DNA from: an uncultured bacterium
GTDB taxonomy: Bacteria; Actinomycetota; Acidimicrobiia; Spongiisociales; UBA5794
Length of the DNA: 64,000 nucleotides
Assembly (NCBI GenBank): GCA_963801165.1
Contig: CAWDDT010000010.1
Location: 128,001 to 192,000, forward strand
Direction of reading: 5' to 3'
The position numbers and the translations under genes are program-made. Under the pieces are notes generated by a model. That model searched no databases. It saw only the letters and a list, made by a program, of their open reading frames with translations, and was not told the DNA's origin. Below, in pieces: positions 27,073 through 36,531 of the stretch; the stretch's first letter is position 1, and every line of letters starts with the position of its first letter.

Positions 27073-28443
27073 TCACTCCACCGTGAGCTGGTATGCCCCC
27101 GGTCCCGTCAGGAAGTCGTCGCTGACGATGACCAGATAGGTTTTGGTCTCCTCCGCCGTGTACACGAGGCGCGGGTTCGTACCAAATGTTCCGCCACCGG
27201 AGTTGTCGTCGTAGGCGAGGCTGAAGTCGCTCGGATTGTCGAGCGAGTCGATGTAGAGGGCCGTGTCTACGGTGACACTGTCCACGCTGAGCGTGATCGA
27301 TTGGCCGTCGCCGAGCTCGACCCAGTACCAGTCGATGTCGCCGGGAAAATCGAGGTTCCCGTAGAGTTTGTCCGGCTTGTGGAGAACCTGCCCGTCGTCG
27401 GGGTCGTCCCAAGGGATCATTTTCACCGAGCCGACGACGAGCTCGTCGACGGGTTCCGGGGCGTACGAGGTGATCACAGCGAGGTGCAGTCCGGCGAAGG
27501 TGACCTGGCCGACCGCCGTCTCGCCACCTTTGAGGTTGTCGTCGGCATATGCCATCGGGAACCCGTCGATCGACATGAGCTGGATGGCCGTGTCGGCATT
27601 TGTGTTGGTTGACACCTCGACCTCGGTGAAGAGCGGTGCCTCGAACACGAGCACCTGCTGGTCCCAGAAATGTTCGACTGTGATCTGTTGCGTCTTGTCC
27701 GCCCCGGAGTTGGGCGGAATTCGATCGCCGAGGCCGTAGCGGTCCGTCCCGCTCCGCATGGCCTCGATGCGGGCGGCAGCGTCGGAGATCGAACCGGAGA
27801 GACCGTACTCGGTGGCGAGCTGGAAGTTGGTCACGCCGATGACTTCGCCGGCAGCGTCGACGAGGGCACCCCCGCTCTGGCCACCCACCACGGCGGCATC
27901 GGATTGCAGAAAGGTCCAATCCTGATTACGCCACTCCCGGAGCCGGGAGAGGATGCCCTGGGAGATGGTCGGTGTCGGATTTCGCTCCGGCTCGGCCGGG
28001 TAGCCGACCATGTAGACGGTGCTGCCGATAGGGAGAGCCTCACCGTCACCCATCGTGACCGGTTCGGGCTGGCGGACGATGTTGCTGACATCGATCAGCG
28101 CCAGGTCCGCCAGAGGGTCGGTGCCGATCACCGGGGCCGAGTCTGTGTACTCGCCGCTCGGGAAGACGACCCTGACCTCGCGGCTCGGCCAGACGACGTG
28201 GGCTGCGGTCAGCAGAAGATCCCGGTCGATGAGAATCCCGCTCCCGGTGGCGATGTCGGTTGCGACGAAGGCGATCGCAGGTGACACCTCATCGAACACT
28301 GCGATGGCATCGGGCGTGGTCGTGGTGGTTGTCGGGGGATCTGTCGTCGGCGGAACCGACGCCTGCAGTGCCGAACCACCGGAGGTGCACGCCGTGGCGG
28401 CGAGTACGGCGATGACCACTGTGGTCGTGAGCCGGAGATGCAC
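27073..28443 (-). CDS. Lipoprotein trypsin-like serine protease with PPC-like C-terminal domain
   Basis: Lipobox ATAC; TAAHVV, DLALI, GQSGG triad; DIDWY..YDDNSGG. Confidence 0.85.
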   Translation of the reverse strand: MHLRLTTTVVIAVLAATACTSGGSALQASVPPTTDPPTTTTTTPDAIAVFDEVSPAIAFVATDIATGSGILIDRDLLLTAAHVVWPSREVRVVFPSGEYTDSAPVIGTDPLADLALIDVSNIVRQPEPVTMGDGEALPIGSTVYMVGYPAEPERNPTPTISQGILSRLREWRNQDWTFLQSDAAVVGGQSGGALVDAAGEVIGVTNFQLATEYGLSGSISDAAARIEAMRSGTDRYGLGDRIPPNSGADKTQQITVEHFWDQQVLVFEAPLFTEVEVSTNTNADTAIQLMSIDGFPMAYADDNLKGGETAVGQVTFAGLHLAVITSYAPEPVDELVVGSVKMIPWDDPDDGQVLHKPDKLYGNLDFPGDIDWYWVELGDGQSITLSVDSVTVDTALYIDSLDNPSDFSLAYDDNSGGGTFGTNPRLVYTAEETKTYLVIVSDDFLTGPGAYQLTVE

Positions 28444-28523
28444 TGTGTCCCCTTTGGAATGGTCCCGGTGCAGTCTGTCCCGGCGGAGCCCGCCTGGCAA
28501 GTCGAGGTGGCTGCCCGGGTTTG

Positions 28524-28551
28524 TGTCACAGCGGTCCCATACGTTGTGATC
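28524..28551 (+). promoter_or_regulatory. PafBC/RecA-NDp-like leaderless promoter of comM
   Basis: TGTCAC-N10-TACGTT-N6-ATG. Confidence 0.6.
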
Positions 28552-30024
28552 ATGCTTTCATGTGTCATATCTGTTGTTCTCGTCGGCGCCGAACCGCGCC
28601 GGGTCGACGTTGAGGTGTTTGTCGGGGGCGGCGGTCCCCACTTCCAGATCGTCGGGCTTCCCGACACCGCCGTGCGGGAGGCCAAGCAACGCGTCATGGC
28701 CGCCATCAAGGCGTCAGGATGGTCGTTCCCGGGGCGGCGGGTCATCGTCAACCTTGCCCCGGCGGACGTGCCCAAGGGCGGCTCAGCGTATGACCTGCCG
28801 ATTGCGCTCGGTGTTCTGGTCGCTTCGACTGCCGTACCGAAAGGCGCAGGCAATGTGGTGGCGCTCGGCGAGCTGGCGCTGAATGGTCAGGTTCGCTCGG
28901 TGCGTGGTGGCCTGGGGGCCGCTCTGGTTGCAGAGAGGATCGGTCTGCGGTGTCTGCTACCGCCCGATTCGGCTGCGGAGGCGGGTGCGCTGGGCGGTAT
29001 GTCCTCGGTGACCGCGGTCCGCCATCTGCGGGAGGCGGTCGAGGTTGCCCTCGGGCAAGGTGACGGTGCGCCGATTCCCGAGCTCGCAGCGCCACCGGGT
29101 CTTGTCGCGGATCTGGGCGAGGTACGGGGCCAGGCGCTGGCTCGACGCGCTCTCGAGATTGCCGCTGCGGGCGGCCACCACGTGCTGATGACCGGGCCAC
29201 CGGGTGGTGGCAAGACGATGATGGCACGTTGTCTGCCGGGGATCCTGCCCCGTCTCGCCGGACCGGATGTCGGGGAGACTGCGCTCACCTGGGCCGCGGC
29301 GGGTATGGCGCGACCCGATCCCACCCTGGCCCCGTTCCGCTCACCACACCACTCGGCGTCGCTCGCTGCCCTCATCGGTGGTGGCTCGGGGATTCCGGTG
29401 CCGGGAGAGATCGCCCTGGCGCACCACGGCGTCTTGTTCCTCGACGAGTTGGGGGAGTTTCCGGTCGGTCATCTCAATGCGTTGCGGCAGCCGATGGAGG
29501 AAGGTCATGTAGTCGTCGCCCGCAAGGGTGCCTCGGTGCGATTCGACACGGCGTTCCAGTTGGTGGCGGCCACCAATCCATGTCCGTGCGGGTATGAGGG
29601 GGATCGGATCCGGCAATGCTCCTGCCCGCCGGGGGCGCTGGCGAAGTACCAGAGGCGTCTGTCTGGTCCGCTGATCGACCGTTTCGACATTGTGGTGCGG
29701 GTACCGCGGGTAGAGGCCGCCGAGATGGCGGGCGCTCGGGGGGAGGCGAGCGCCGACGTAGCGCACCGGGTGGCCGCGGCCAGAAAGCGGCAGATGGCCC
29801 GGGGGAGGCGCAACGCCCGGCTGCGTCGGGCGGATCTGGATCTGCTGGCTTGGGACGAGCCTGTGGCAGGGATGCTGGAGCAGGCAATGCGCCGGTCGGC
29901 GTTGACGGCACGGGGGTGGGACCGGGTACGCCGGGTGGCGGCGACCATCGCCGACCTCAACGAGTCCGAGGTGATTCTCGGGTCGCACGTCGCTGAGGCT
30001 CTCGCCTACCGGGGTCAGCGATGA
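28552..30024 (+). CDS. comM: ComM/YifB Mg-chelatase-like ATPase
   Basis: IVGLPDTAVRE, VNLAPAD, GPPGGGKT, FRSPHHS, LFLDE and NPCPCG. Confidence 0.95.
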   Translation: MLSCVISVVLVGAEPRRVDVEVFVGGGGPHFQIVGLPDTAVREAKQRVMAAIKASGWSFPGRRVIVNLAPADVPKGGSAYDLPIALGVLVASTAVPKGAGNVVALGELALNGQVRSVRGGLGAALVAERIGLRCLLPPDSAAEAGALGGMSSVTAVRHLREAVEVALGQGDGAPIPELAAPPGLVADLGEVRGQALARRALEIAAAGGHHVLMTGPPGGGKTMMARCLPGILPRLAGPDVGETALTWAAAGMARPDPTLAPFRSPHHSASLAALIGGGSGIPVPGEIALAHHGVLFLDELGEFPVGHLNALRQPMEEGHVVVARKGASVRFDTAFQLVAATNPCPCGYEGDRIRQCSCPPGALAKYQRRLSGPLIDRFDIVVRVPRVEAAEMAGARGEASADVAHRVAAARKRQMARGRRNARLRRADLDLLAWDEPVAGMLEQAMRRSALTARGWDRVRRVAATIADLNESEVILGSHVAEALAYRGQR

Positions 30025-31085
30025 ACGACGCCAAACTCCAGGTGGCGTTCGGTGGGCTCCATCCGGATCGGGTGGCCACCCTCTACGAGCGCTACGGTCC
30101 CGCAGGGGTGCGCAAACGCATCATGTCGGGAGCCATCGAGACAACGGAGCGCGTTCGACGCGCGGTAGGTGTCCCAGCAGGAGAGCGGCGTGCCGAGCTA
30201 ACTCGGGCCGGGATCGAGGTGGTCGGAAAGGGTGAGGAGGTGTACCCGGCGCATCTGGGAGAGCTCCCTGATGCCCCGGAGCTGCTGTTTGTTCGGGGGA
30301 GCCTTCCCGGGTTACCGGGGGTGGCCATCGTGGGTACCAGACGATGCACCGCATACGGCAGGCGGATCGCCGGCGACTACGGCCGGGCGGTGGCCGCTGC
30401 CGGGTGGGTGGTTGTCAGCGGTCTGGCGCGGGGTGTCGATGGTGCGGCGCACCGGGGCACGGTGGCCGGCGGCGGAGTCGGTGTTGCCGTGCTCGGGTCG
30501 GGCATCGACGTCATGTACCCGCGAGAGCACGCCGGGCTGGCCCGGCAGCTCATCACCGGTGGTGGCGCCGTGATCAGCGAGTCGCCTCCCGGTACTCCTC
30601 CTGAGGCCTGGCGGTTCCCGCCGAGGAACCGGATCATCAGTGGTTTGGCGGGTGCTGTGGTTGTCGTAGAGGCGACTGTGAAAGGTGGTGCTCTCATTAC
30701 GGCCGAGACTGCGTTGCGTCAGGGACGCCAGGTGTTCGCCGTTCCCGGTGATATCGATCGGGCCTCGTCGGCGGGGTGCAACCTGCTGATCCGTGACGGT
30801 GCCTTTCCGGTGCTGGACCCCGACGATCTCATCGAATCACTCCAGCTGGTGCTCGGCCCGGCGCCGGGCATCGCGTCGCAGGTGGCCGCCTGCGATCTGG
30901 GCGACGACGACGCCCGGTTGGTAGAGCTGATTCGTTCCGGTGCCGATGACCTCGATGCCCTGATGGGACACGGGCTGGGCGCCCCCGGTGAGATCCTGGC
31001 GGCGCTAGGTCGTCTCGAGCTGAACGGTGTGCTGCGGACGGACGGACCGGGGAGGTACGCCGTGACCCATAGGGTCGGTCGTTGA
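30021..31085 (+). CDS. dprA: DNA processing protein DprA
   Basis: AIVGTR, VSGLARGVDGAAH, FPPRNRIISGL and GALITA. Confidence 0.96.
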   Translation: MNDAKLQVAFGGLHPDRVATLYERYGPAGVRKRIMSGAIETTERVRRAVGVPAGERRAELTRAGIEVVGKGEEVYPAHLGELPDAPELLFVRGSLPGLPGVAIVGTRRCTAYGRRIAGDYGRAVAAAGWVVVSGLARGVDGAAHRGTVAGGGVGVAVLGSGIDVMYPREHAGLARQLITGGGAVISESPPGTPPEAWRFPPRNRIISGLAGAVVVVEATVKGGALITAETALRQGRQVFAVPGDIDRASSAGCNLLIRDGAFPVLDPDDLIESLQLVLGPAPGIASQVAACDLGDDDARLVELIRSGADDLDALMGHGLGAPGEILAALGRLELNGVLRTDGPGRYAVTHRVGR

Positions 31086-31119
31086 CGAGGCGTGGTCGAG
31101 CGGCCACGATGGAGGGTCA

Positions 31120-32001
31120 ATGGAGGACACGCCCACCATCGCCGATGCGGCCGCCGACTTCATCCACCGGGCGGCGGTTGAGCGCGGGCTTTCGCCACAC
31201 ACCCTGGCTGCCTACGAGCGGGACCTGGCACAGTTTGCCGATTTCTGCGAACAGTGCGACGTTATCGAGCTGGATGCCGTGAACCGACGGCTGGTGCGAC
31301 GCCATGTCTCCCAGCTCTCGGTGCAGGGATACGCCAGGAGGTCCGTCGCCAGAAAGATGTCGGCGGTCCGCTCGTTCTTCACCGATGCGGCGAGACGAGG
31401 TCTGGTGTTGGCGAACCCGGCGAACGGGATCCGGCAACCGAAGCTTCCCGCTTCACTTCCGAAAGCGTTGTCGGCACGGGCCGTCGCCGGTGGGCTCGAT
31501 GCCATCTCGGGGGATGGTCCGGTCGACCTTCGCGATCGCGCCATGCTCGAGCTTCTTTATTCTTCAGGGCTGAGGGTCTCCGAGCTCGCCGGGCTACAGG
31601 TCGGGGACGTGGAACACGGTGATATGTTGCGGATTGTCGGGAAGGGAGGCAAGACCCGAGTGGTTCCGGTAGGCAGAACCGCACAGGGCGCGGTGAGACG
31701 CTACGTGGTGGAAGGTCGTCCCCGACTCGCCGGGGATCAGGCATACTCTGCATTGTGGGTCGGCGTGCGCGGCGGTCCATTGGATACGAGAGGAGTCAGA
31801 AGAGTGGTGCGAAATCGGCTGGGGACGTTCCCGCATGCTCTGAGGCACTCGTTTGCGACCCATCTCCTCGAAGGGGGAGCCGACCTCCGCTCCGTCCAGG
31901 AGTTGCTCGGGCACGTTGAACCCGCCACCACCCAGATTTACACTGCTGTCTCCCGCCGGCATCTTCGGTCAACCTACGAAAGAAGCCATCCGCGTGCTTG
32001 A
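31120..32001 (+). CDS. xerC: Tyrosine recombinase XerC
   Basis: GLRVSEL, GKGGK, HALRHSFATH, LLGH and TTQIY; syntenic after dprA. Confidence 0.9.
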   Translation: MEDTPTIADAAADFIHRAAVERGLSPHTLAAYERDLAQFADFCEQCDVIELDAVNRRLVRRHVSQLSVQGYARRSVARKMSAVRSFFTDAARRGLVLANPANGIRQPKLPASLPKALSARAVAGGLDAISGDGPVDLRDRAMLELLYSSGLRVSELAGLQVGDVEHGDMLRIVGKGGKTRVVPVGRTAQGAVRRYVVEGRPRLAGDQAYSALWVGVRGGPLDTRGVRRVVRNRLGTFPHALRHSFATHLLEGGADLRSVQELLGHVEPATTQIYTAVSRRHLRSTYERSHPRA

Positions 32002-32773
32002 ACGCGCCGAACACGAGCTACACGATCTCTGGAACGACTTCAAAGAGAACGCCGACCCCGCCGCTCGGGAGGGTCTGATCCTCCACTACTCGGCGCTGGT
32101 CAAGTTCGTCGCCGGCAGGCTGAAAGCCGGTCTGCCGCGCAGCGTCGATGCTCAGGATCTTGTCTCGTATGGGACGTTCGGGCTCATCGACGCCATCGAC
32201 AAGTTCGAACTCGAGCGCGGCTACAAGTTCGAGACCTACGCCGTCAACCGCATTAAGGGGGCCATCCTCGACGAGCTGCGGGCGCTCGACTGGGTGCCCC
32301 GATCGGTGCGCGCCCGCGCCCGAGAGATCCAGCGCAGCCTCGGTGAGTTGGAGCACAAGCTACAACGCAGCCCGAGCGACGAGGAGCTGGCCAGCCACTT
32401 AGGGGTGCCCGTCACGGTGTTGCAGGATCGTTTGGGGGAGATCTCAACTCTCGGGATCATGGCGCTCGATGACCTGCTCAATCCCGGCGAGAGGGATTCG
32501 TCGACGATGGGTGATCTGCTCGCCGACCCGGCAGCTCCCGACCCGAGCGGATCGTTCGAGCGTCAGGAGACCCGCTATCTGCTGGTAGACGCCATCAACC
32601 GCCTCTCAGACCGGGAGCGGCTCGTCGTCACCCTCTACTACTACGAGGGGCTCACGCTTGCTGAGATCGGCAAGGTGCTCAGCGTCACCGAGTCGCGGGT
32701 ATGTCAGATCCACACCAAGGCGGTGATGAGCCTGCGCAACCGTCTCATGGAGCCCCCGCCGGCCCGAAACTGA
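31994..32773 (+). CDS. whiG: FliA/WhiG family sigma factor
   Basis: GLIDAIDKF, KFETYA, DELRALDWVPRSVR and TESRVCQIH. Confidence 0.92.
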   Translation: MLERAEHELHDLWNDFKENADPAAREGLILHYSALVKFVAGRLKAGLPRSVDAQDLVSYGTFGLIDAIDKFELERGYKFETYAVNRIKGAILDELRALDWVPRSVRARAREIQRSLGELEHKLQRSPSDEELASHLGVPVTVLQDRLGEISTLGIMALDDLLNPGERDSSTMGDLLADPAAPDPSGSFERQETRYLLVDAINRLSDRERLVVTLYYYEGLTLAEIGKVLSVTESRVCQIHTKAVMSLRNRLMEPPPARN

Positions 32774-32788
32774 TCGACGCGCCGTGTC

Positions 32789-33265
32789 TTAGGCGTCGAC
32801 GATGTCGCGATAGCGTTCCGCGTAAATGGGCCAGCCGTCATCTGCGGCCAGCGCCTGGCGCATGCCCTCCCAGCCGTCACCGTGGCGGTCGAGATGACGA
32901 TGCTCCAGCACCACGCGGGTTGTGCCCTCAGCGGCGGCGAGGAACTGCACCTCGACCTCGCTCGCACGCGCCGGGTCGGTCTGGACCTGCCACTGCGGGC
33001 TGATGTCCCACGCCAGCACGATGGAGTGAGGTGGATCGACAGCCAGAACGCGACCCCACTGGCATATGGAGCCGTCGACACCGCGGTCGTAGAGACGACC
33101 GCCCTGCCACGGTTCGAGAACCGTCTCCGCGATGTCGACGTCGAGCAGGTTGTGCTCTCTTGGCTTGATGCGGTCGAACTCCTGGGTGAAGAGCTGGTAG
33201 GCGCGGGGGACGGGAACTTCGATCGCGATCTCCAGCAGCACAGACGTTTGCTTGTCAATCATCAT
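32789..33265 (-). CDS. SRPBCC (AHSA1-like) domain protein
   Basis: WGRVLAVDPP, SEVEVQF and LEHRHLDRHG. Confidence 0.88.
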   Translation of the reverse strand: MMIDKQTSVLLEIAIEVPVPRAYQLFTQEFDRIKPREHNLLDVDIAETVLEPWQGGRLYDRGVDGSICQWGRVLAVDPPHSIVLAWDISPQWQVQTDPARASEVEVQFLAAAEGTTRVVLEHRHLDRHGDGWEGMRQALAADDGWPIYAERYRDIVDA

Positions 33266-33579
33266 TTGGGACCTTCCTCACCTTGCTCTGCGATGCTCTT
33301 GAGGTTCTCCAGGGCCTGAGACCAGAAACGCTCGAGCTCTCTCTGCATGCGACGGAGACCATCCGGTTGCACCCGGTAGACACGCCGTCTGCCCTCCTTG
33401 CGGGCCGCGACCAGGTTGGCTTCGGCCAGTACCCGGAGGTGTTGCGACACTGCCGGACGGCTTACCGGGAGCCCCGAGGCGATCTCCGCGACCGAACGGG
33501 GACACTCGGCCACCCGTGCCAGGACCTGGCGTCGTGTGGGATCGCCGAGAGCCATCCATGGATCAATGGTTACTTTCAC
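33262..33579 (-). CDS. ArsR/SmtB family regulator
   Basis: ALGDPTRR, SRPAVSQHLRVL and EGRRRVY. Confidence 0.92.
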   Translation of the reverse strand: MKVTIDPWMALGDPTRRQVLARVAECPRSVAEIASGLPVSRPAVSQHLRVLAEANLVAARKEGRRRVYRVQPDGLRRMQRELERFWSQALENLKSIAEQGEEGPK

Positions 33580-33583
33580 AAAC

Positions 33584-33601
33584 CGTAAGCTACCACTTAC
33601 G
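33584..33601. promoter_or_regulatory. Inverted repeat CGTAAG-N6-CTTACG, probable ArsR operator
   Basis: Immediately upstream of GTG 33579. Confidence 0.6.
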
Positions 33602-33702
33602 TATATGGACGACAACATCTGGTGAGGGGCACGGTTACGGGCATACCGAGAGTCAGACGCTGTCCCTCGAGCCACGGGAGTAGCCGTATTTCCCGAGTCC
33701 CG

Positions 33703-33830
33703 GTACACTCACGGCCCTACTACGCACGACCACTGCAAACCTCCAGGGTCGGGGAATTCCCCGGGGAGGCTCGACGGTGTCGGCAACATTGCCGTCGCAG
33801 GGTGGTCGGAGGAACCAACCAAACAGGAGG
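33703..33830 (+). promoter_or_regulatory. rpsB promoter and structured S2 leader
   Basis: TACACT -10; CGACCAC/GTGGTCG closing stem with internal hairpins; AGGAGG RBS. Confidence 0.6.
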
Positions 33831-33835
33831 ATCGC

Positions 33836-34603
33836 ATGGCAGTGACTATGCGCGAGCTGCTCGAAGCCGGTGTCCAATTCGGCCATCAGACCCGTCGCTG
33901 GAACCCGAAAATGCGCCCGTATATCTTCACCGAGCGCAACGGCAACCACATCGTCGATCTGCGGCTGACGGTTTCCCAGATCGAGCAGGCCGTCAAGCGT
34001 GTGGAAGACATCACGGCCGGTGGAGGCGCGGTGCTGTTCGTCGGCACCAAGAAACAAGCACAGCAGGCCATCGAGCAGGCAGCCAAGAACTGCGGCATGC
34101 CTTATGTGAACCAGCGTTGGCTGGGCGGCATGCTCACCAATTTCCAGACCATCCACCGGCGCATCATGTACATGCGAGAGCTGGAGCGGATGGACAGCTC
34201 CGGCGAGATGGATGTGCTGCCCAAGAAGGAGCGGCTGCGTCTCCGGCGCGAGCTGGTCAAGCTCCAGACGGTGCTCGGCGGGGTGCGCGACATGCACAGC
34301 GTGCCGGAGGTCGTGTTCATCATCGACATCAACGAGGAGCACATCGCGGTCGCCGAGGCGGCCCGGCTTGCCATCCCGATCATCGCCGTTGTCGACACGA
34401 ACTGCGACCCGGACCTCATCGATATGGTGATTCCCGGCAACGACGATGCGATCCGAGCAGCGTTCCTGCTGTCGAACGCTATGGCGGACGCGGCCAACCG
34501 GGGCCAGGAGACCTACCACGCCGGCCGCAAAGACAAAGAGTCCGACAAACCCGCGAAGACAGCACCGGCCGCCGAAGCCGGAGACACAGAGCCCAAGGAG
34601 TAG
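33836..34603 (+). CDS. rpsB: 30S ribosomal protein S2
   Basis: [28 protein letters not shown] and IPGNDDAIR. Confidence 0.98.
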   Translation: MAVTMRELLEAGVQFGHQTRRWNPKMRPYIFTERNGNHIVDLRLTVSQIEQAVKRVEDITAGGGAVLFVGTKKQAQQAIEQAAKNCGMPYVNQRWLGGMLTNFQTIHRRIMYMRELERMDSSGEMDVLPKKERLRLRRELVKLQTVLGGVRDMHSVPEVVFIIDINEEHIAVAEAARLAIPIIAVVDTNCDPDLIDMVIPGNDDAIRAAFLLSNAMADAANRGQETYHAGRKDKESDKPAKTAPAAEAGDTEPKE

Positions 34604-34609
34604 CGAGCA

Positions 34610-35230
34610 ATGGCCAACATCACAGCCAAGGACATCCAGGCGCTCCGGCTGGAGACGGGCACCGGCATGATGGATGCAAAGCGGGCCTTGCAGGACGCCG
34701 CCGGCGACGTCGACAAGGCAAAAGACCTGCTCCGGGAGCGAGGCCTGGCTTCCGCAGCCAAACGCGCCGAGCGGACCCAGACGGAGGGCATCATCGGCTC
34801 CTATCTGCACATGCAGTCGGGCCGCCCGGTCATCGGGGTCATCGTCGAGCTTGCCTGCGAGACCGACTTCGTGGCAAAGACCGACGGCTTCCGCGACACC
34901 GCAGACGACATCGCGATGCACATCGCGGCGGCCCGCCCCGGCTGGCTCAACCGTGACGACGTCCCGCCCGAGATCATCGAGCACGAGAAGAACATCATCG
35001 AGGCGCAGGCGCGCGGCGAAGGGAAGCCCGACAACATCATCGACAGGATCGTCGACGGTCGGCTCAACTCCTTCTACAAGGAGAACGTCCTCAACGATCA
35101 GGTGTTCGTCAAGACCGAGAAGTTCGACGGGACCATCGGGGACATGGTGAAGGGTCTCGCCGCTTCGCTCGGCGAGAACATCTCCATCACGCGTTTCGAG
35201 CGGATCCAGGTCGGCGAGTCATCAGAGTGA
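34610..35230 (+). CDS. tsf: Elongation factor Ts (short form)
   Basis: [18 protein letters not shown] and [10 protein letters not shown]. Confidence 0.96.
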   Translation: MANITAKDIQALRLETGTGMMDAKRALQDAAGDVDKAKDLLRERGLASAAKRAERTQTEGIIGSYLHMQSGRPVIGVIVELACETDFVAKTDGFRDTADDIAMHIAAARPGWLNRDDVPPEIIEHEKNIIEAQARGEGKPDNIIDRIVDGRLNSFYKENVLNDQVFVKTEKFDGTIGDMVKGLAASLGENISITRFERIQVGESSE

Positions 35231-35234
35231 TGGC

Positions 35235-35936
35235 ATGCGACGCGTCGTCCTGAAACTCTCCGGCGAGGCCTTCGCCGACCAGGAGCTCAAATACGGCATC
35301 GATCCGGTCACCGTTGACCGGGTCGCCGCCGAGATCGCCCAGGTTGCCGGCGAGGGCTATCAGATCGCGGTTGTCGTTGGTGGCGGCAACATCTTCCGAG
35401 GGGTCAGCTCTACGGCCAAAGGCATGGACAGAGCCAGCGCCGACTACATGGGCATGCTGGCGACGGTCATCAACGCTCTCGCGCTACGGGAAGCACTCGA
35501 GAAGGCGGGAGCACCCACCAGGGTACAGAGCGCCATCACGATCCAGGAGGTGGCCGAGCCCTACATCCGGCTCCGAGCGATCCGCCACCTGGAGAAGAAT
35601 CGGGTCGTGATCTTCGCCGCAGGGACGGGAAACCCGTTCTTCACCACCGACACTACGGCCGCTCTCCGGGCAGCGGAAGTCGGTGCCGAGATCGTGCTCA
35701 AGGCCACCCGGGTCGACGGGGTCTTCAGCGCCGATCCGGAGAAGAACGATGACGCCGAGCTCTACGAGGACCTCACCTACATGGAGGTCATCAACCGGCA
35801 ACTCCGGGTGATGGACTCGACTGCCATTACGATGTGCATGGAGAACGACATACCGATACGGGTTTTCAACCTGACCAAAGCAGGGAACATCGTCTCGGCC
35901 GTTAGAGGAGAAACGATCGGGACTCGAGTCCATTGA
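35235..35936 (+). CDS. pyrH: UMP kinase
   Basis: [15 protein letters not shown] and GNPFFTTDT. Confidence 0.98.
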   Translation: MRRVVLKLSGEAFADQELKYGIDPVTVDRVAAEIAQVAGEGYQIAVVVGGGNIFRGVSSTAKGMDRASADYMGMLATVINALALREALEKAGAPTRVQSAITIQEVAEPYIRLRAIRHLEKNRVVIFAAGTGNPFFTTDTTAALRAAEVGAEIVLKATRVDGVFSADPEKNDDAELYEDLTYMEVINRQLRVMDSTAITMCMENDIPIRVFNLTKAGNIVSAVRGETIGTRVH

Positions 35937-35945
35937 GGTGAAGCT

Positions 35946-36497
35946 GTGATCGACGAGCTGTTGGCAGAGGCAAAGAGCAGGATGGACCACGCTATCGAAC
36001 ACACCGTTGGCGAGTTCGGAACGGTGCGGACGGGCAGGGCCAATCCAGGTTTGTTGCACCGGATCACCGTCGACTACTACGGCACGCAGACCCCGCTCCA
36101 GCAGATCGCCGGCTTCAGTGTCCCCGAGGCGAGGATGCTGCTGGTCCAACCGTACGACAAGTCATCGATCAACGCCATCGAGAAGGCGATCATGAAGGCC
36201 GACCTGGGGCTCAACCCGTCAAATGATGGCAACATCATCCGGCTCGTGTTCCCGCAGCTCACAGAGGAGCGGCGCCGTGATCTGATCCGGGTGGTCCGCC
36301 AGCTCGCCGAGGACGGCCGGATCGCGGTTCGCAACGTGCGGCGGCACGTCAAGGACGGCATCGAGGCGCTCGAGGGTGATGTCTCCGAGGACGACGTGCG
36401 ACGCGCCGAGAAAGAGCTCCAAGAGATGACGGATACCCACGTCCAGAAGATCGACGAGCTTCTCGAAAAGAAGGAAGAAGAGCTTCTCGAGGTCTGA
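35946..36497 (+). CDS. frr: Ribosome recycling factor
   Basis: RTGRANP, YYG..TPL and PQLTEERR. Confidence 0.98.
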   Translation: MIDELLAEAKSRMDHAIEHTVGEFGTVRTGRANPGLLHRITVDYYGTQTPLQQIAGFSVPEARMLLVQPYDKSSINAIEKAIMKADLGLNPSNDGNIIRLVFPQLTEERRRDLIRVVRQLAEDGRIAVRNVRRHVKDGIEALEGDVSEDDVRRAEKELQEMTDTHVQKIDELLEKKEEELLEV

Positions 36498-36531
36498 GAC
36501 CGGTTGAGAGCCACCGAGTAGAGGAGACCAT

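Noticed and set aside
31120-32001. Tyrosine recombinase as a prophage or island integrase
   Set aside because: Sequence and dprA-xerC synteny fit housekeeping XerC; no att repeats or cargo seen.
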